Positions 23,533 to 34,571 of a DNA stretch of 64,000 nt are shown here, one piece after another. The stretch lies in the NCBI GenBank assembly GCA_030295235.1, contig AP026155.1:620001-684000 (forward strand), read 5' to 3'. The first letter of the stretch is position 1. Every line of letters begins with the position of its first letter. The notes under the pieces were generated by a model, which was given only the letters and a program-made list of their open reading frames with translations, did no database searches and had not been told where the DNA came from. A program made the translations under genes and the position numbers. Source of the stretch: Fistulifera solaris. Lineage: Eukaryota.

Positions 23533-26285
23533 TTAGCCTCCCAACAATTCATTCAAGGCTTGATCCATATCATTGTTGTATTTCAGTAACGCTGCAACAA
23601 TAGCATCGGGATCAAAATCCATAGCCAGGAGACTTGCGACCTTTTCATCGTCGACTTGCGTCACTCGCGGGTTACCATGGATCGAAACCGATTGAACGCC
23701 CGGATGGGTGGCCATCACGCGAGTCGGGGACGTAATCGACTCCGTTCGACTCGATGTGCTGCTTTGTTCATACGTCGCCGCCATGCGTGCATCTTCGGCT
23801 TCTTGACGATTCCGCCGTAAACTGTCTTCATAGTCACATCGGTCAATCGCCACACGGGCGGACATGTCTTCGACGGCCAATTTCCATTTCTGAAGTTTCG
23901 GTAAAATGGAATCGTAAAAGGCCTTGCCTTCTCGCAAATGATCGGTCAAATGATCCATTTCTTCCAAAGCATCTTCCAATTTGACTATGAACGCTTCGCC
24001 ACCGGCTTTTTGTTGCCGAGCTTCCATGAACAATTCGTTTTCTTGCAATATCATGGCCAATAAATTGCCTTGTCGTTCGATGCTTTGCTCCAGTACCAAG
24101 AACTTTTGTTGGAACGAAAGTTTCGCACTCGCGGCCACTTGGTGGTAAGCTTCCTCATCGTGAATACGTTTCTTTCCAATTCTTGGAGTTGCGGAACGAT
24201 GCTCACCGTTTTGACTTCTTCACGAAGTGCCTGTACGAGTCCTTCGCGATCTCGGAATAACAGGGACAAATCGACCAAATGCTGGGAGAGTAATGTGACA
24301 TTGATGGCATCCTGATCCTCAGAAGATCCCGGAAACAGACGATCCAGCTGCGACTTGCTCATGCGCAAGAGACGGAATTTGGGGTCGGTTTCCAACGTTT
24401 CACTCTTTTGTACCACTAAAGCATCGGATTCTTCTGCTTCCGTCATGAGTCGTTGGAAACGTTGCATCTGTTTGCGAAAGGGTTGCTGAATGTCTTCAAT
24501 GGGATTGCTAATGGACACGGCGTAATCCGGATACGACTTGCGGAAATACTGATCCATTTCCAAATCATCATCGAGTTGTTGCGATACTTGTTTCAACAAA
24601 CGTTGAGCTTGTTCCGCTTGATCTTGTAATTCCCACAACTCACTCTTAATGTGTGATTCGCGACGTTCGATTTGTAACAACTGCACACGTTCCCACAAAT
24701 CCTCCGGCACACCACCCCCAGCGAGTTCTTGTCGATACGCGGTCAAGCTGTGCGGCAATTGGACGGCCGCCAGCGCTTTCCGAGCCCGTTCCGTGTGCTC
24801 TTCTCCCAAGAGAGCCTTAGTGTAGACCAATTGCTCCATTTCGTGTCGAAAATCTTGCACATATTGTCGGGTTCGTGGTGACAAGACACTTTGAAAGAAA
24901 TGATCATGCAGCGATGGTAATAGTTGAGACAAATCCGGAGCCATGTTCAGTGACGATTGAGTAGGGATTTCGGGTAAGTCGTCGTGTGGTATCGGTCGCG
25001 GACCTCCTTCTTCCAGCATTTCTTGTCGTTCTTGGAGCATGTCTTGAACAATTGGTTCCACCGGAATTTCCCACTTTTGATATTGCTGATTCCGCAAAAG
25101 AGATGATGAAGAAGACAAGACTCTTCGACAGGCATCAACGGCATCAATGGCAACATTCAAACGCGCTATCACCATGGCATTTTGTTGTTTCTCCACATGC
25201 TCCATGGCTTGATGATAATGCATCAATGCCGTCATCCAGGATTTCCATGCCCGACCCCAAACCGACCACTCTTGATACCGTTGCCGCAAAATTACATCGG
25301 ATCTGACCGGCATCAACGCCGTGTCGGAATCGACTTGCTGATAGAGAGGAACCGCACCGGCCGCTAATTTGGCCAACATGAAATGCCGAGGGCGCGGTAA
25401 TTTTCGAAAGGCCTCATAACTGGTGCGTTGCGCTTCGGCCAGTATAGCGTATTCCCACATGCGCAACGTCTGTGGTTGAAAAGCGATACTACTGGTACTG
25501 CATGCTATGGCGGTGGTCAAGGAAGCTGTCGACGTGGATTCGGGATACAATTCTTCCGTTCGCAATCGACGCAACAGAGCGGCCGCTGTACACAAATGTG
25601 CCCCCGTTTGCACCCATCCCGTCTTTTTGGTGAGATCCTTTTGCGTCGCGCGGTATATTTCGAGGGTGCAAAGATTCCAGATAATGTTGGCTCGTTCCCA
25701 TTCCAACCCACCAAATACATCGATGTGATCGGATCCGAGTGTTTGCCAGTGCGATCGGAACGGATTCCAACATGGTTCATCGGAATGATAGCGATTCCCA
25801 GATAGCTTGCTGTTGATATTATCATCATCGTAGGCATCGTCGTCATCTTTGAATGAATACGACGTATGAAACGTGCTGCTCATTTTGGAAGCGTGTGACG
25901 CGTCGGATTGTCGTTGACGCCGACTATTCGTATGATCGACGCAAGGCAACCAAAAATACTCGTGTTGTAAGAATTCCGCCAAAGCTGCCGCGTATTCTTG
26001 CATGGACGGAACGGCTTGTTCCCAACACGCCGTGAAACTGTGACAGGATTGTTGCAATGCGTGTGCCATCGTACGTCGCATTCGTTGCAATCGCTCCAAA
26101 TCGGATTGGCATTCCAACACGGTTGGCGGTCGGTCATTATTGGCTTCATCTTCCCTCTTTCCTTGACTATTCAGCTCTGCATTGTCGTGTTGATATTCAA
26201 GCCATGCTTGCAAAGGCGTAAGGAGATCTAAATCGAGTTCCACCGGAATGCGAAGGGGTAAGACGAGTGTCTTGACCGAGTTCAT
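23533..26285 (-). CDS. BRO1-domain / ALIX V-domain protein with C-terminal UBA; frameshift near 24165
   Basis: LEWERANIIWNL and ILAEAQ (BRO1); LAAVQLPHSL...GVPEDLW and LREGKAFY (V domain); VDDEKVASLLAMDFDPDAIVAALLKYNNDMDQALNELL (UBA). Confidence 0.8.
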
Positions 26286-27608
26286 TATTTTGTGTTCTTC
26301 TTTGTGTCGTCCTTTTGTAACAAAAAGACTACTGCTATTCGATCCTTCAAAGAGCTATTTGCGCCGCCTCAGCTTCAAGAGGAAGAAATGAAAACTAACA
26401 CTGAACAAACTAACAGTAACGAAACAAAACACACCGATGGGTAGGTGAGGAAGGCAAATACTCTAGTACTTGTACAAGGGTCGATGCATTTTCTGTGTGT
26501 GTCGGGTGTTGATTGTCTTCCTCTCTCTTTTCGGTCTCGGTCCACCGAAAAAGTCATTCTTACTTTTTGATCCACACATTCTACGAAAACCGGTACCGAA
26601 TTCCAGTACCAATCATTTTGGAGAAGCAGGTCACACCAGTACTGCATCTTTCGCGAACACAGTACAGAACAGGGACAGCGGTGTCGCTCCGCGCTCCGCT
26701 GGCTCTGCCGCATCGTCGATTTCCGATAACACTGATGAAAATTGTCAACCCAATACCAATGTGAAGTGGCAAGCCCTAAGTAAATAACAACACCTACAAA
26801 GAATTTTCGAAAGACGGTCATGATTCATGATACTCCGGTCTACTGACAGTAGTGTTAAACTGTAACGATGTCCTTTCAGTCCCCCATCCGAATATCGGGA
26901 TAGCTCCTCCAAACTCCAAACGTCGGGCTTTTTATTCATTTTCCGATAGAGATTTGGATGAATACAATGATCTTGCCGACGACACACGACACAACTAGCC
27001 ATGATAGCATCAACAGCACCACATCAAATGTGCCATTCATTGAATTCATCTCCGGTATCAGAATTCAGAGTGCACTTGATGATTCTTCTATAACAGTCAC
27101 TTTTTAGTAAAGTCGTTCGCGCCGGCGTCCGCAATGTACATCAAAGACGGATACGGGCAATGTTGTGCCACTCAAGATCATAGATAATGGATTGTTCATT
27201 GTTCAAACGCCTACCTGGTATACATCCTGTCGACGCCGGCCTTATCCACCCTCAGCCTCAGACATACGAAAGGTACGTGATGGAAAGCGAATAAACTTCG
27301 AGGAGTTTTTTATTCTTTCACATCTAAATAAAATAAAATAAAATAAAATAAAAACTGAGAACTTATCGTAGTACTTAGTTGCAAGTTCATGTTTCATCAG
27401 TGCCAACAGCGCTCCGTATTGTGCAAAAGGACTCATTGGATTTCATTTAGATTTCATATTCTTAGCTCCTTTTGTAGTTGGCAACGTCCCCCCTCTCTAT
27501 CCTCTTTGGACAAACAACGCGAAAGCCTTGCGGATGTACCATACCATACCGAATACCGAATTCACTCAATTATAACCATAGTCTTTCTTGGTCGATTGTC
27601 CATTGTCA

Positions 27609-27633
27609 CTACGACTGGTTGTCAGTCGCGAGA
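27609..27633 (-). repeat. GACTG-loop-CAGTC hairpin element, probable copy F (core only)
   Basis: Minus strand reads TCTCGCGACTG-ACAAC-CAGTCGTAG. Confidence 0.45.
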
Positions 27634-27846
27634 CATAACTTCTCTAGTACTGCAAACACTATATACACACCGCAGAAACCTTCTCGTCCTTCGTTCGGAA
27701 AAGATCCTTTTCGATTATTAATGGAAGAGGAGAAAACATGTGTTCAAGTTTCAAGCCATCACTTTCAACTAAAAGATGATAGAAGCAGAAGGAAAAGACG
27801 ACAAAGAAGAACGATAATAATCAACGTAAACAACTAAGATCACAGA

Positions 27847-29782
27847 ATGTCGACTACTTCTTTGACTACTCTCTTGTTACGTCGTTCGCAGCATCAAAAT
27901 AGAACGACTCATCATCATCATCATCATCATCATCATTATCGTCGGGTGTTATCATCTTCGCCTTCTCTTTTATCTTTACAAAATCAGACTACCGACAACA
28001 ATAGCTCCAAACACTTTGGATGGACGAAACATGGTTTCGGAAAGATTCAAGCGCGTTGCGAAAACTCTGCAATCACACAATTGACGCACATTAGTCATCG
28101 AGCACCCGCTCGGTGCATTCCGTTTCAACATCGAACGACCGCCGCGCCCGGAGCCATTTGTGTTCTCAGCAATTACGGCGGAGGTCTCGTACAAGGGGAT
28201 CAAGTCGATTGGAAGATTCATGTACAAAAACAGGCGCGTTTGGGATTGATCACACAAGGAGCGAATCGCATTTACAAACATCAGTCCAACAATACTGATG
28301 AACCCACAAGTCAAACTACAATACACGCCATTATCGAAGCCGACGGACTGTTGGTGCATGCACCGGATCCCGTCTCGTGTTTTCAACATTCACGGTATCG
28401 TCAGACGTCCCACATTCAAGTGCAACATGACGATGACCATCGTACACGAACATCTTCCGTGTGTTGGATGGATTGGTTCAGTGCGGGACGACTTTCTCGC
28501 GGAGAACGATGGCAGCAAACGCAATTGGAAAATTACACCACTTTCGAAATCATGGGAAACAAACCGTTTGTGTGTCACGACAATACGATGGTACACGCGC
28601 AACATATGGGTCCTTTTTCTGCCTTTTGGGACACTGTTGTTGTACGGACCTCAAGTGCAAGCTGTCGTACAAGAATGCTTAATGTTGCAAAGTCAATTGG
28701 TTCGTCAGTGCACTCGCATTCGACAGCATCCACTTTTGTTACGCGAATTGCGCGATAGTAGTTTGCCATTCTTGGCAGGGCGGTGTGTGGTGGGAGTAAG
28801 TCACATCGAAACGAATATGGCGCCGTTGCACATGGCACGGTTCTTGACACAAAGCAATGAAGACATGTACCGATTGTTGCATAAGTGTTTGCTGCCATTG
28901 CAAGCACATTTTCAGTACGCCTTTTATCAAGATCGTTTGCAATCACAGCGTTCGGCAGCGGTCCCCGCAGTCACGACTCCGTGGCAAGTCAAAGAGTCTC
29001 CCACCACAGCCACGACAACAGTAACAAGAACAGCAACACCCTTCTCGACGCAAGCGCAATGGCTGTCGTATTCGTTGTCGGATTCCAGTTTGCCAGTCGG
29101 TGGATTTGCGCATTCGGCGGGTTTAGAAGCCGCCCATCAATTGGGATTGGTACCCACTGTCACCGAATTGGAGGCTTATATCCACGCCGTTGTGCAATCG
29201 ACCCTGCAGATGGCGTCACCTTTAGTACGTGCGAGTCATGCTTGGGTGCAGGGTCCTACGTGTGACGACTGGAATGTCTATACACGGATTCAAGAGCTCG
29301 CGCATGCGCATTTGTGCAGTAATGAAATGAGTTGTCGTGTGTCTTTGGATCAAGGGCGTAGTTTGTTGCGGATCTTTTCGTCGTGGAAAGAGGAAGAGTC
29401 CAAGCAAGTAGGGAATGACAAAACAGCAGCCTTGGCTCGAATGCGTCGCATGTACACGGAACTCTCCACGTCATCCAACGCAACAACTCCTCACCATCAT
29501 TTGACTCCTATTTGGGGTGCACTGACAGGCTCCTTCGGCTTGCCGGAAGAAGAAGCTTGTCATTTATTGGGATATTGCGTCGCTCGCGACATTGTATCCG
29601 CGGCGGTACGCATGAATTTGTTGGGTCCCATGCAATCAACCGAACTTTTGTCCCGGACACACTCTGCCGTCCAAGCGGGACTGTCCGCGGAGACGACGAC
29701 AACGTTGGCAGGATGCGCTCCGTTGGTGGATGCAGTCCACCCTTGTCACAATGTGTTGTCGACTCGTTTGTTTCGTAGTTAG
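27847..29782 (+). CDS. ureDF: Urease accessory UreD-UreF fusion protein; one frameshift at the T-run 28624-28627
   Basis: UreD: YGGGLVQGD, LITQGANRIYK, PDPVSCF, WMDWFSAGRLSRGERW, AF|GTLLLYGP. UreF: LSDSSLPVGGFAHSAGLEAA, SLDQGRSLL, DIVSAAVRMNLLGP, terminal STRLFRS. Confidence 0.92.
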
Positions 29783-29835
29783 TTTTGGTGTTCGCAGCAT
29801 CCCGGTGATGTTGATTTTGAAAATGGAAACGGCAT

Positions 29836-29882
29836 GTGGTGTATTAATCTAAAAGTGCCGGTGGTGTATTAATCTAAAAGTG
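29836..29882. repeat. 22-bp direct repeat separated by CCG
   Basis: GTGGTGTATTAATCTAAAAGTG at 29836-29857 and 29861-29882. Confidence 0.9.
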
Positions 29883-29975
29883 TTTGATATCTATTTTTAA
29901 AATTCCATCAAATCCTTCTTACTGGGCAATAAGAATTGCGGTTGAAACTGAAAAATGGTCGCGTCATGATGATCC

Positions 29976-30857
29976 TCATCCAGCCATATTCCTCCCCCCT
30001 GGTTGAATTTTGGTAGACTTAATCGTTTGATGAACATCTTTCCGTACGCGCCATAACAATGATAATACCTGTTCGAGAGGAACTGTGAAGGTACTATTCT
30101 CGCTATGAGTTTCTTTGGATACCAAAATGTCTCGTAAACTGGCTTCATTCACCAGTACAACACCCGGCATATCCTGTAAATCTGTTATCAAACGCTCAAA
30201 CTTCGATTCTGTTAATTGACAACTGTTGTTACTCATCGCTCTGGTGTGTGATAACACAGTCGTGAGTATCTGTTCTTGTACTTGATACTGCAACTGTTCC
30301 TTCAATCGTTTTTGTATCTGTATGTATTCTTGTATCGATTGAATGGAGTGTAAAGTATCACTCGATTGCGTATATTGCTGTAATTCTTGTTCCAAGATCT
30401 TCATTCGATCTATGGTTCGATCCAAGGCGGTCAAACTCCGACACAATCGTTCATTCTGCTGTTGCAACGATCGAACGGTTCTCCGTGTAGCACCATATAC
30501 TTGTCGCAAGGTTCCATACTTTCGTTGGGTACGTTCTTGTCGTATCACAATGCCCGCTAATAACAACGTCCAACCACATCCCGTGACGATGAGAACACGC
30601 ATCACGGACGAAGACGTCGACAAACCCAGCAAAGACCATTGTAACAAGACATAAACATTCGCTCCTACGGCTATCATCGTTAATGTATCAATACACAACG
30701 TCCTAGAACATCGTCGAGGACGACTATGCGGTATACTGTTATTGCTAGCCATCGTACTTGTTTCCCATCGATCGGAAACATTCGATTCGTCATTGTCGTG
30801 TAAAAACGCTTCTTTCGTGACACGCGCTCGCCATCGTAAACTGTTGGTAGTATTCAT
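29976..30857 (-). CDS. hypothetical protein with two TM helices followed by a coiled coil
   Basis: Intact 293-aa ATG ORF; two hydrophobic helices, then heptad-rich RSLQQQNERLCRSLTALDRTIDRMKILEQEL. Confidence 0.7.
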   Translation of the reverse strand: MNTTNSLRWRARVTKEAFLHDNDESNVSDRWETSTMASNNSIPHSRPRRCSRTLCIDTLTMIAVGANVYVLLQWSLLGLSTSSSVMRVLIVTGCGWTLLLAGIVIRQERTQRKYGTLRQVYGATRRTVRSLQQQNERLCRSLTALDRTIDRMKILEQELQQYTQSSDTLHSIQSIQEYIQIQKRLKEQLQYQVQEQILTTVLSHTRAMSNNSCQLTESKFERLITDLQDMPGVVLVNEASLRDILVSKETHSENSTFTVPLEQVLSLLWRVRKDVHQTIKSTKIQPGGRNMAG

Positions 30858-31469
30858 TCTTTATTCATTCGAGAGAATAGAAACAAAATGATGAAAGAGG
30901 ACGACACCACAAATTTTTGCTTGGTTTCTTTTGTTTATTAACAGAAGGACAAAGACGCGTTGAATAAACAAAACAAAAATAATGCATTCGGCGTCGCGAT
31001 GCGATATAGTTCCATACAACGCGGTTGCTACTATCCATTAAAGTGTAAGCGACCTTTCTCCATCCAACGGCATTTCCGTCGTGACATCTGGTTTTTTCTT
31101 CCAGCTCCATTATTTCGGCCTTTCGTTTCGTCAAATACTATCTTATCTTATCTTATCATAATCCATTTGTCATCAAATACAATGCCCATATGGTGGTAAG
31201 AACCATTCTTTGCAAGGTGCTCCCGATTCCTTCTTGTTGAAAGTTCCGCGGGTCATTGTTTTCCGCATATACAGATTTTCTGTTCAATTGAGAAAACAGT
31301 GTTTCATTCCTTGCTCATTCATTAAATAATCGTCAAGTATTAACCCTCCCTCTAGTCTCAAAAGTTAATGTATCGATGACCCTAGGTAGAACACAACTAC
31401 AGTAGCAACATAAATTGTTTGAATATCGGCTTTCTCTCTTGTAGTTACAATCATCATGCATATTCGGAA

Positions 31470-32763
31470 CTAGTGGTTTTTGACGAATAAGTAGTGCGAG
31501 ACGATCCATTCTTCACCCTGATCATAACCCCATAATTCCGCACACGCCAAGAAAAACAATCGCCAGTTCACATACCATTCTCTCTCCTTACCGACACCAT
31601 AAGCTTCTTGCAAAACGGGTCCAAGTTTGCCATTGCGCCAATTCTGGTCCAACATACGCAACCATCCATTCGATGTCTTCTCGTAATGTTGTCCATTCAC
31701 ACGCCAATGCTCTTGAATACCCAACGAGGCCGTACCGGCAAAATACAAGAGCAAATCATCGCTCGGCATAGTACCACCAGTGAAAAAATTATCACTCATC
31801 CATCCCTGTTCAAAGTGGTACGCGTAATCTTTGTGCGTGAAAATGTGTACAAACAATTTGCCGCCCGGCTTCAAGAAGCCTTGCACTTTTTGCAACAAGG
31901 ATTGATAGTTTTCATATGCTCAAACATCTCAATCGTCATGACGCGATCGTTGTCGCGTACCACTCGCAAGGCGCCTTGATCGTCGGCGACATTGCACTGT
32001 GCGTGTATAAAAAATGACAACCACCATCAGTCGAGAAACTTCACATTCCTTCAAACCTATCAATTCTTTTGCTTACCGTAATGACTTGAATGTTCTGTAC
32101 ATTCAGACCACGAGCCGCCGCCGTGCTAAGAATATAATCACGTTGCGAGTGACTGTTCGAAATGGAAGTAATCTTCGCGTTCGGATACTTGGCCGCCAAG
32201 AACAAGGTCAAACTACCCCATCCGCAACCTAGATCTACAATTTTCATGCCATCTTGCAATTCCGCACGTTGACAATACAACTCGAGCATGTGCAATTCTG
32301 ATTCTTCAAAGGTCGTTTGCGGCGTCGGCCAGTAACCCGACGAATACTTTTTGCACGGCCCCAAACACAAATCATAGAACGCGGCCGGTACTTCATAATG
32401 TTGTTCATTCGCCGCTGTTGTTTCAATCGCAATCGGTTGCTGACGAAGTTGTTGAATAATCTTCATTTTCGTCGTCAGGTTTTCTTGACAACTGGTACCT
32501 TGCAAAATGTGCAAATGATCGCGCAGTTGCAAACGAATGCCCCAACGAATGAGACAATCAGGAATCAATCCCATTTGGATGAGAGGAATGAAGGATTCCG
32601 TGAGTGCCGAGAGTTGACTCAAGATACGTTTCGTGAGCGACTGATACCAGCGCGTCGACGTGAGAAGACGACCGGCCGCGTAAAGGACGATCCAGTGATG
32701 CAATTTGACATTGTCGTAGTTGTTGCGGACGAGTCCGATCGTTTGAGCGAATTGGAGTGACAT
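31470..32763 (-). CDS. SAM-dependent methyltransferase, coclaurine N-methyltransferase-like / CFA-synthase (CMAS) family; intron 31997-32076; frameshift near 31910
   Basis: IPDCLIRWGIR, ANEQHYEVP, LGPCKKYSSGYW, DLGCGWGSL, SNSHSQRDYI, IEMFEHMKNY, FVHIFTH, WMSDNFFTGGTMPS, WRLFFLACAELWGYDQGEEWIVSHYLF. Confidence 0.92.
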
Positions 32764-33529
32764 GCTATTGCTGATAGGAAAGAATTATCAGCTAACAACA
32801 AACATCCATCATAGGACGAGCTGAGCAATAACAAAATAATACTGGTTGTTCGGTTAGTTCATTTGCGTTCGCGAATGACGCGAAATTTCGATGATCGGCA
32901 GACGCCGAAAGTACGTCACAATCCATTTGTCGCTCCGTGACTCACAACGTCTTGACGGTTAGACGGCCGTTTTGCGGTTGGGAAGTCACAGAAGCCGAAA
33001 ACGCTGTCCGCAATGAATCTAAATAATAATGATGTGAATCTCAAATATTCATAGAATAGGTCTCATCAAAACGTCAAAGGTAATCTTGTCTCTTATTTGC
33101 CTCACTTTTAGTCGTCGGATCCACACTACAGTACACGAGGAAGCATAGACAAAAAGTCTACATGACGACAGACAAAAAACTTGGAGATTCGACCTGTAGC
33201 CATAGATCGGGAAGCCCGTCCACAAAAATGGCCAGATCATCGAATCTTCTCGGGATGAATCTCAAACGAACTTTACTTGGCCTAAGTATCTTACCTTTTT
33301 GAGGGCGCCTTCACACTTCGGTAACATGGTATCTTCTGAGAGTGTCATCGCAATAGTACATAAAAAATTTTGCGCCAAAATGTTGCCGTGCTCACCTCAT
33401 TCATCTTTTGGCTCCACCCCTTCCTTTCACAATTTGGCCTTTCGGCTTTCATACATTTCTCCGGGGTCCAAGTCAATTGCTTTTGACTAGAATCGTTTTC
33501 GCATTAAAGAGATCACTAAAGAAACAAGA

Positions 33530-34251
33530 ATGAGGTTCTCACCCTTGTGTGTCACCAGTCTACTGATTCCAACCTTGACGAATGCTCGTATTCTGGGAAC
33601 AGGGAAATGGTCAGGATGATCCGGGGGCTCATCCGGAAGGACGCGTGTGTCGTAATGAGGCGCCACTCACTTGGAGTCCGGCCACGCAAGCCGTGCTTTC
33701 CAACATGGGATACGCCGAAGACATTCTCCAAGCTCTCGAGTTGTATGCCGATGGTTTCACCATTGGATCGACGCAAGAACTCATTGTGGAAGCCCAAGAT
33801 GCCGCCGTCTCAGGTGCTACCGTTCGCGATGGACAAGCCGGAGACACCGACTTTCCATTCGGTGACATCAAACCGATTGTCACCATGGGAGAACGCAGTG
33901 CGTGCTCGGAATCCGTGGGACAAACGGTGGTTGGGAAACCCGACGGTATGGGTGCGTACTTGGTGAACGAACGTACCGTTCGAGTCATCTATCAGAGTGA
34001 ATCCTACGGACCGCTCGACGCCAACGAAGCGTAAGTTGTTGTATGATTCTGAGTCGTTTGCTGGATGATAATTGTGCTCACACAAAACTGTCTGCAGACG
34101 CGCATACCCTGTCAATAATGGCGAAGCCATGATTGGAGGATCGCACATTGCCGGTATTGACTACGACCGTGAAAAGTTATCACGTTTCATGAAAAACCAG
34201 GGACCCGCCTCCAATATGGTCGTTGGTTTCGATAATATGATCGAAAAATGA
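33530..34251 (+). pseudogene. Truncated secreted alkaline-phosphatase-like gene (diatom atypical AP family), N-terminal third only; intron 34031-34097
   Basis: Signal peptide MRFSPLCVTSLLIPTLTNA (1-nt shift), then FGDIKPIVTMGE...GKPDGMGAYLVNERTVRVIYQSESYG|...GGSHIAGIDYDR...MIEK*. These motifs are recalled from the Phaeodactylum secreted AP family. Only AT-rich sequence follows before the AlaRS stop. Confidence 0.55.
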
Positions 34252-34571
34252 GTGGCTTCGCTTGCACTTTCAGAGAACAATATGATAACAAAAGTAACAT
34301 GACATAATGAAACTAAAGCAATCAATCTCATCTCAATCGTCACTTTTTTGTCTTTGCTGATACGAATGAATAATGAATGTTGTCCCAATATCAAGTTAGG
34401 GGTAAAGGATTAGTATTTTGTACTTGCACTATAAGCTTTACTGTAGTCCCCCTTTCTGTAACGACTCAGAGGAATATCAGTCCCGGAATCTTTGTTGTCA
34501 AACAAATTGTTTCATTCGATAGATTTAACTATTTTATTAGGTATAACAGTTTAAGTAGTCGTCTAAGCTCC

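Noticed and set aside
26375..27240. Short ORFs between the BRO1 and ureDF genes, some with hydrophobic stretches
   Set aside because: No consistent frame, splice model or recognisable motif; a decayed gene cannot be supported from the sequence alone.
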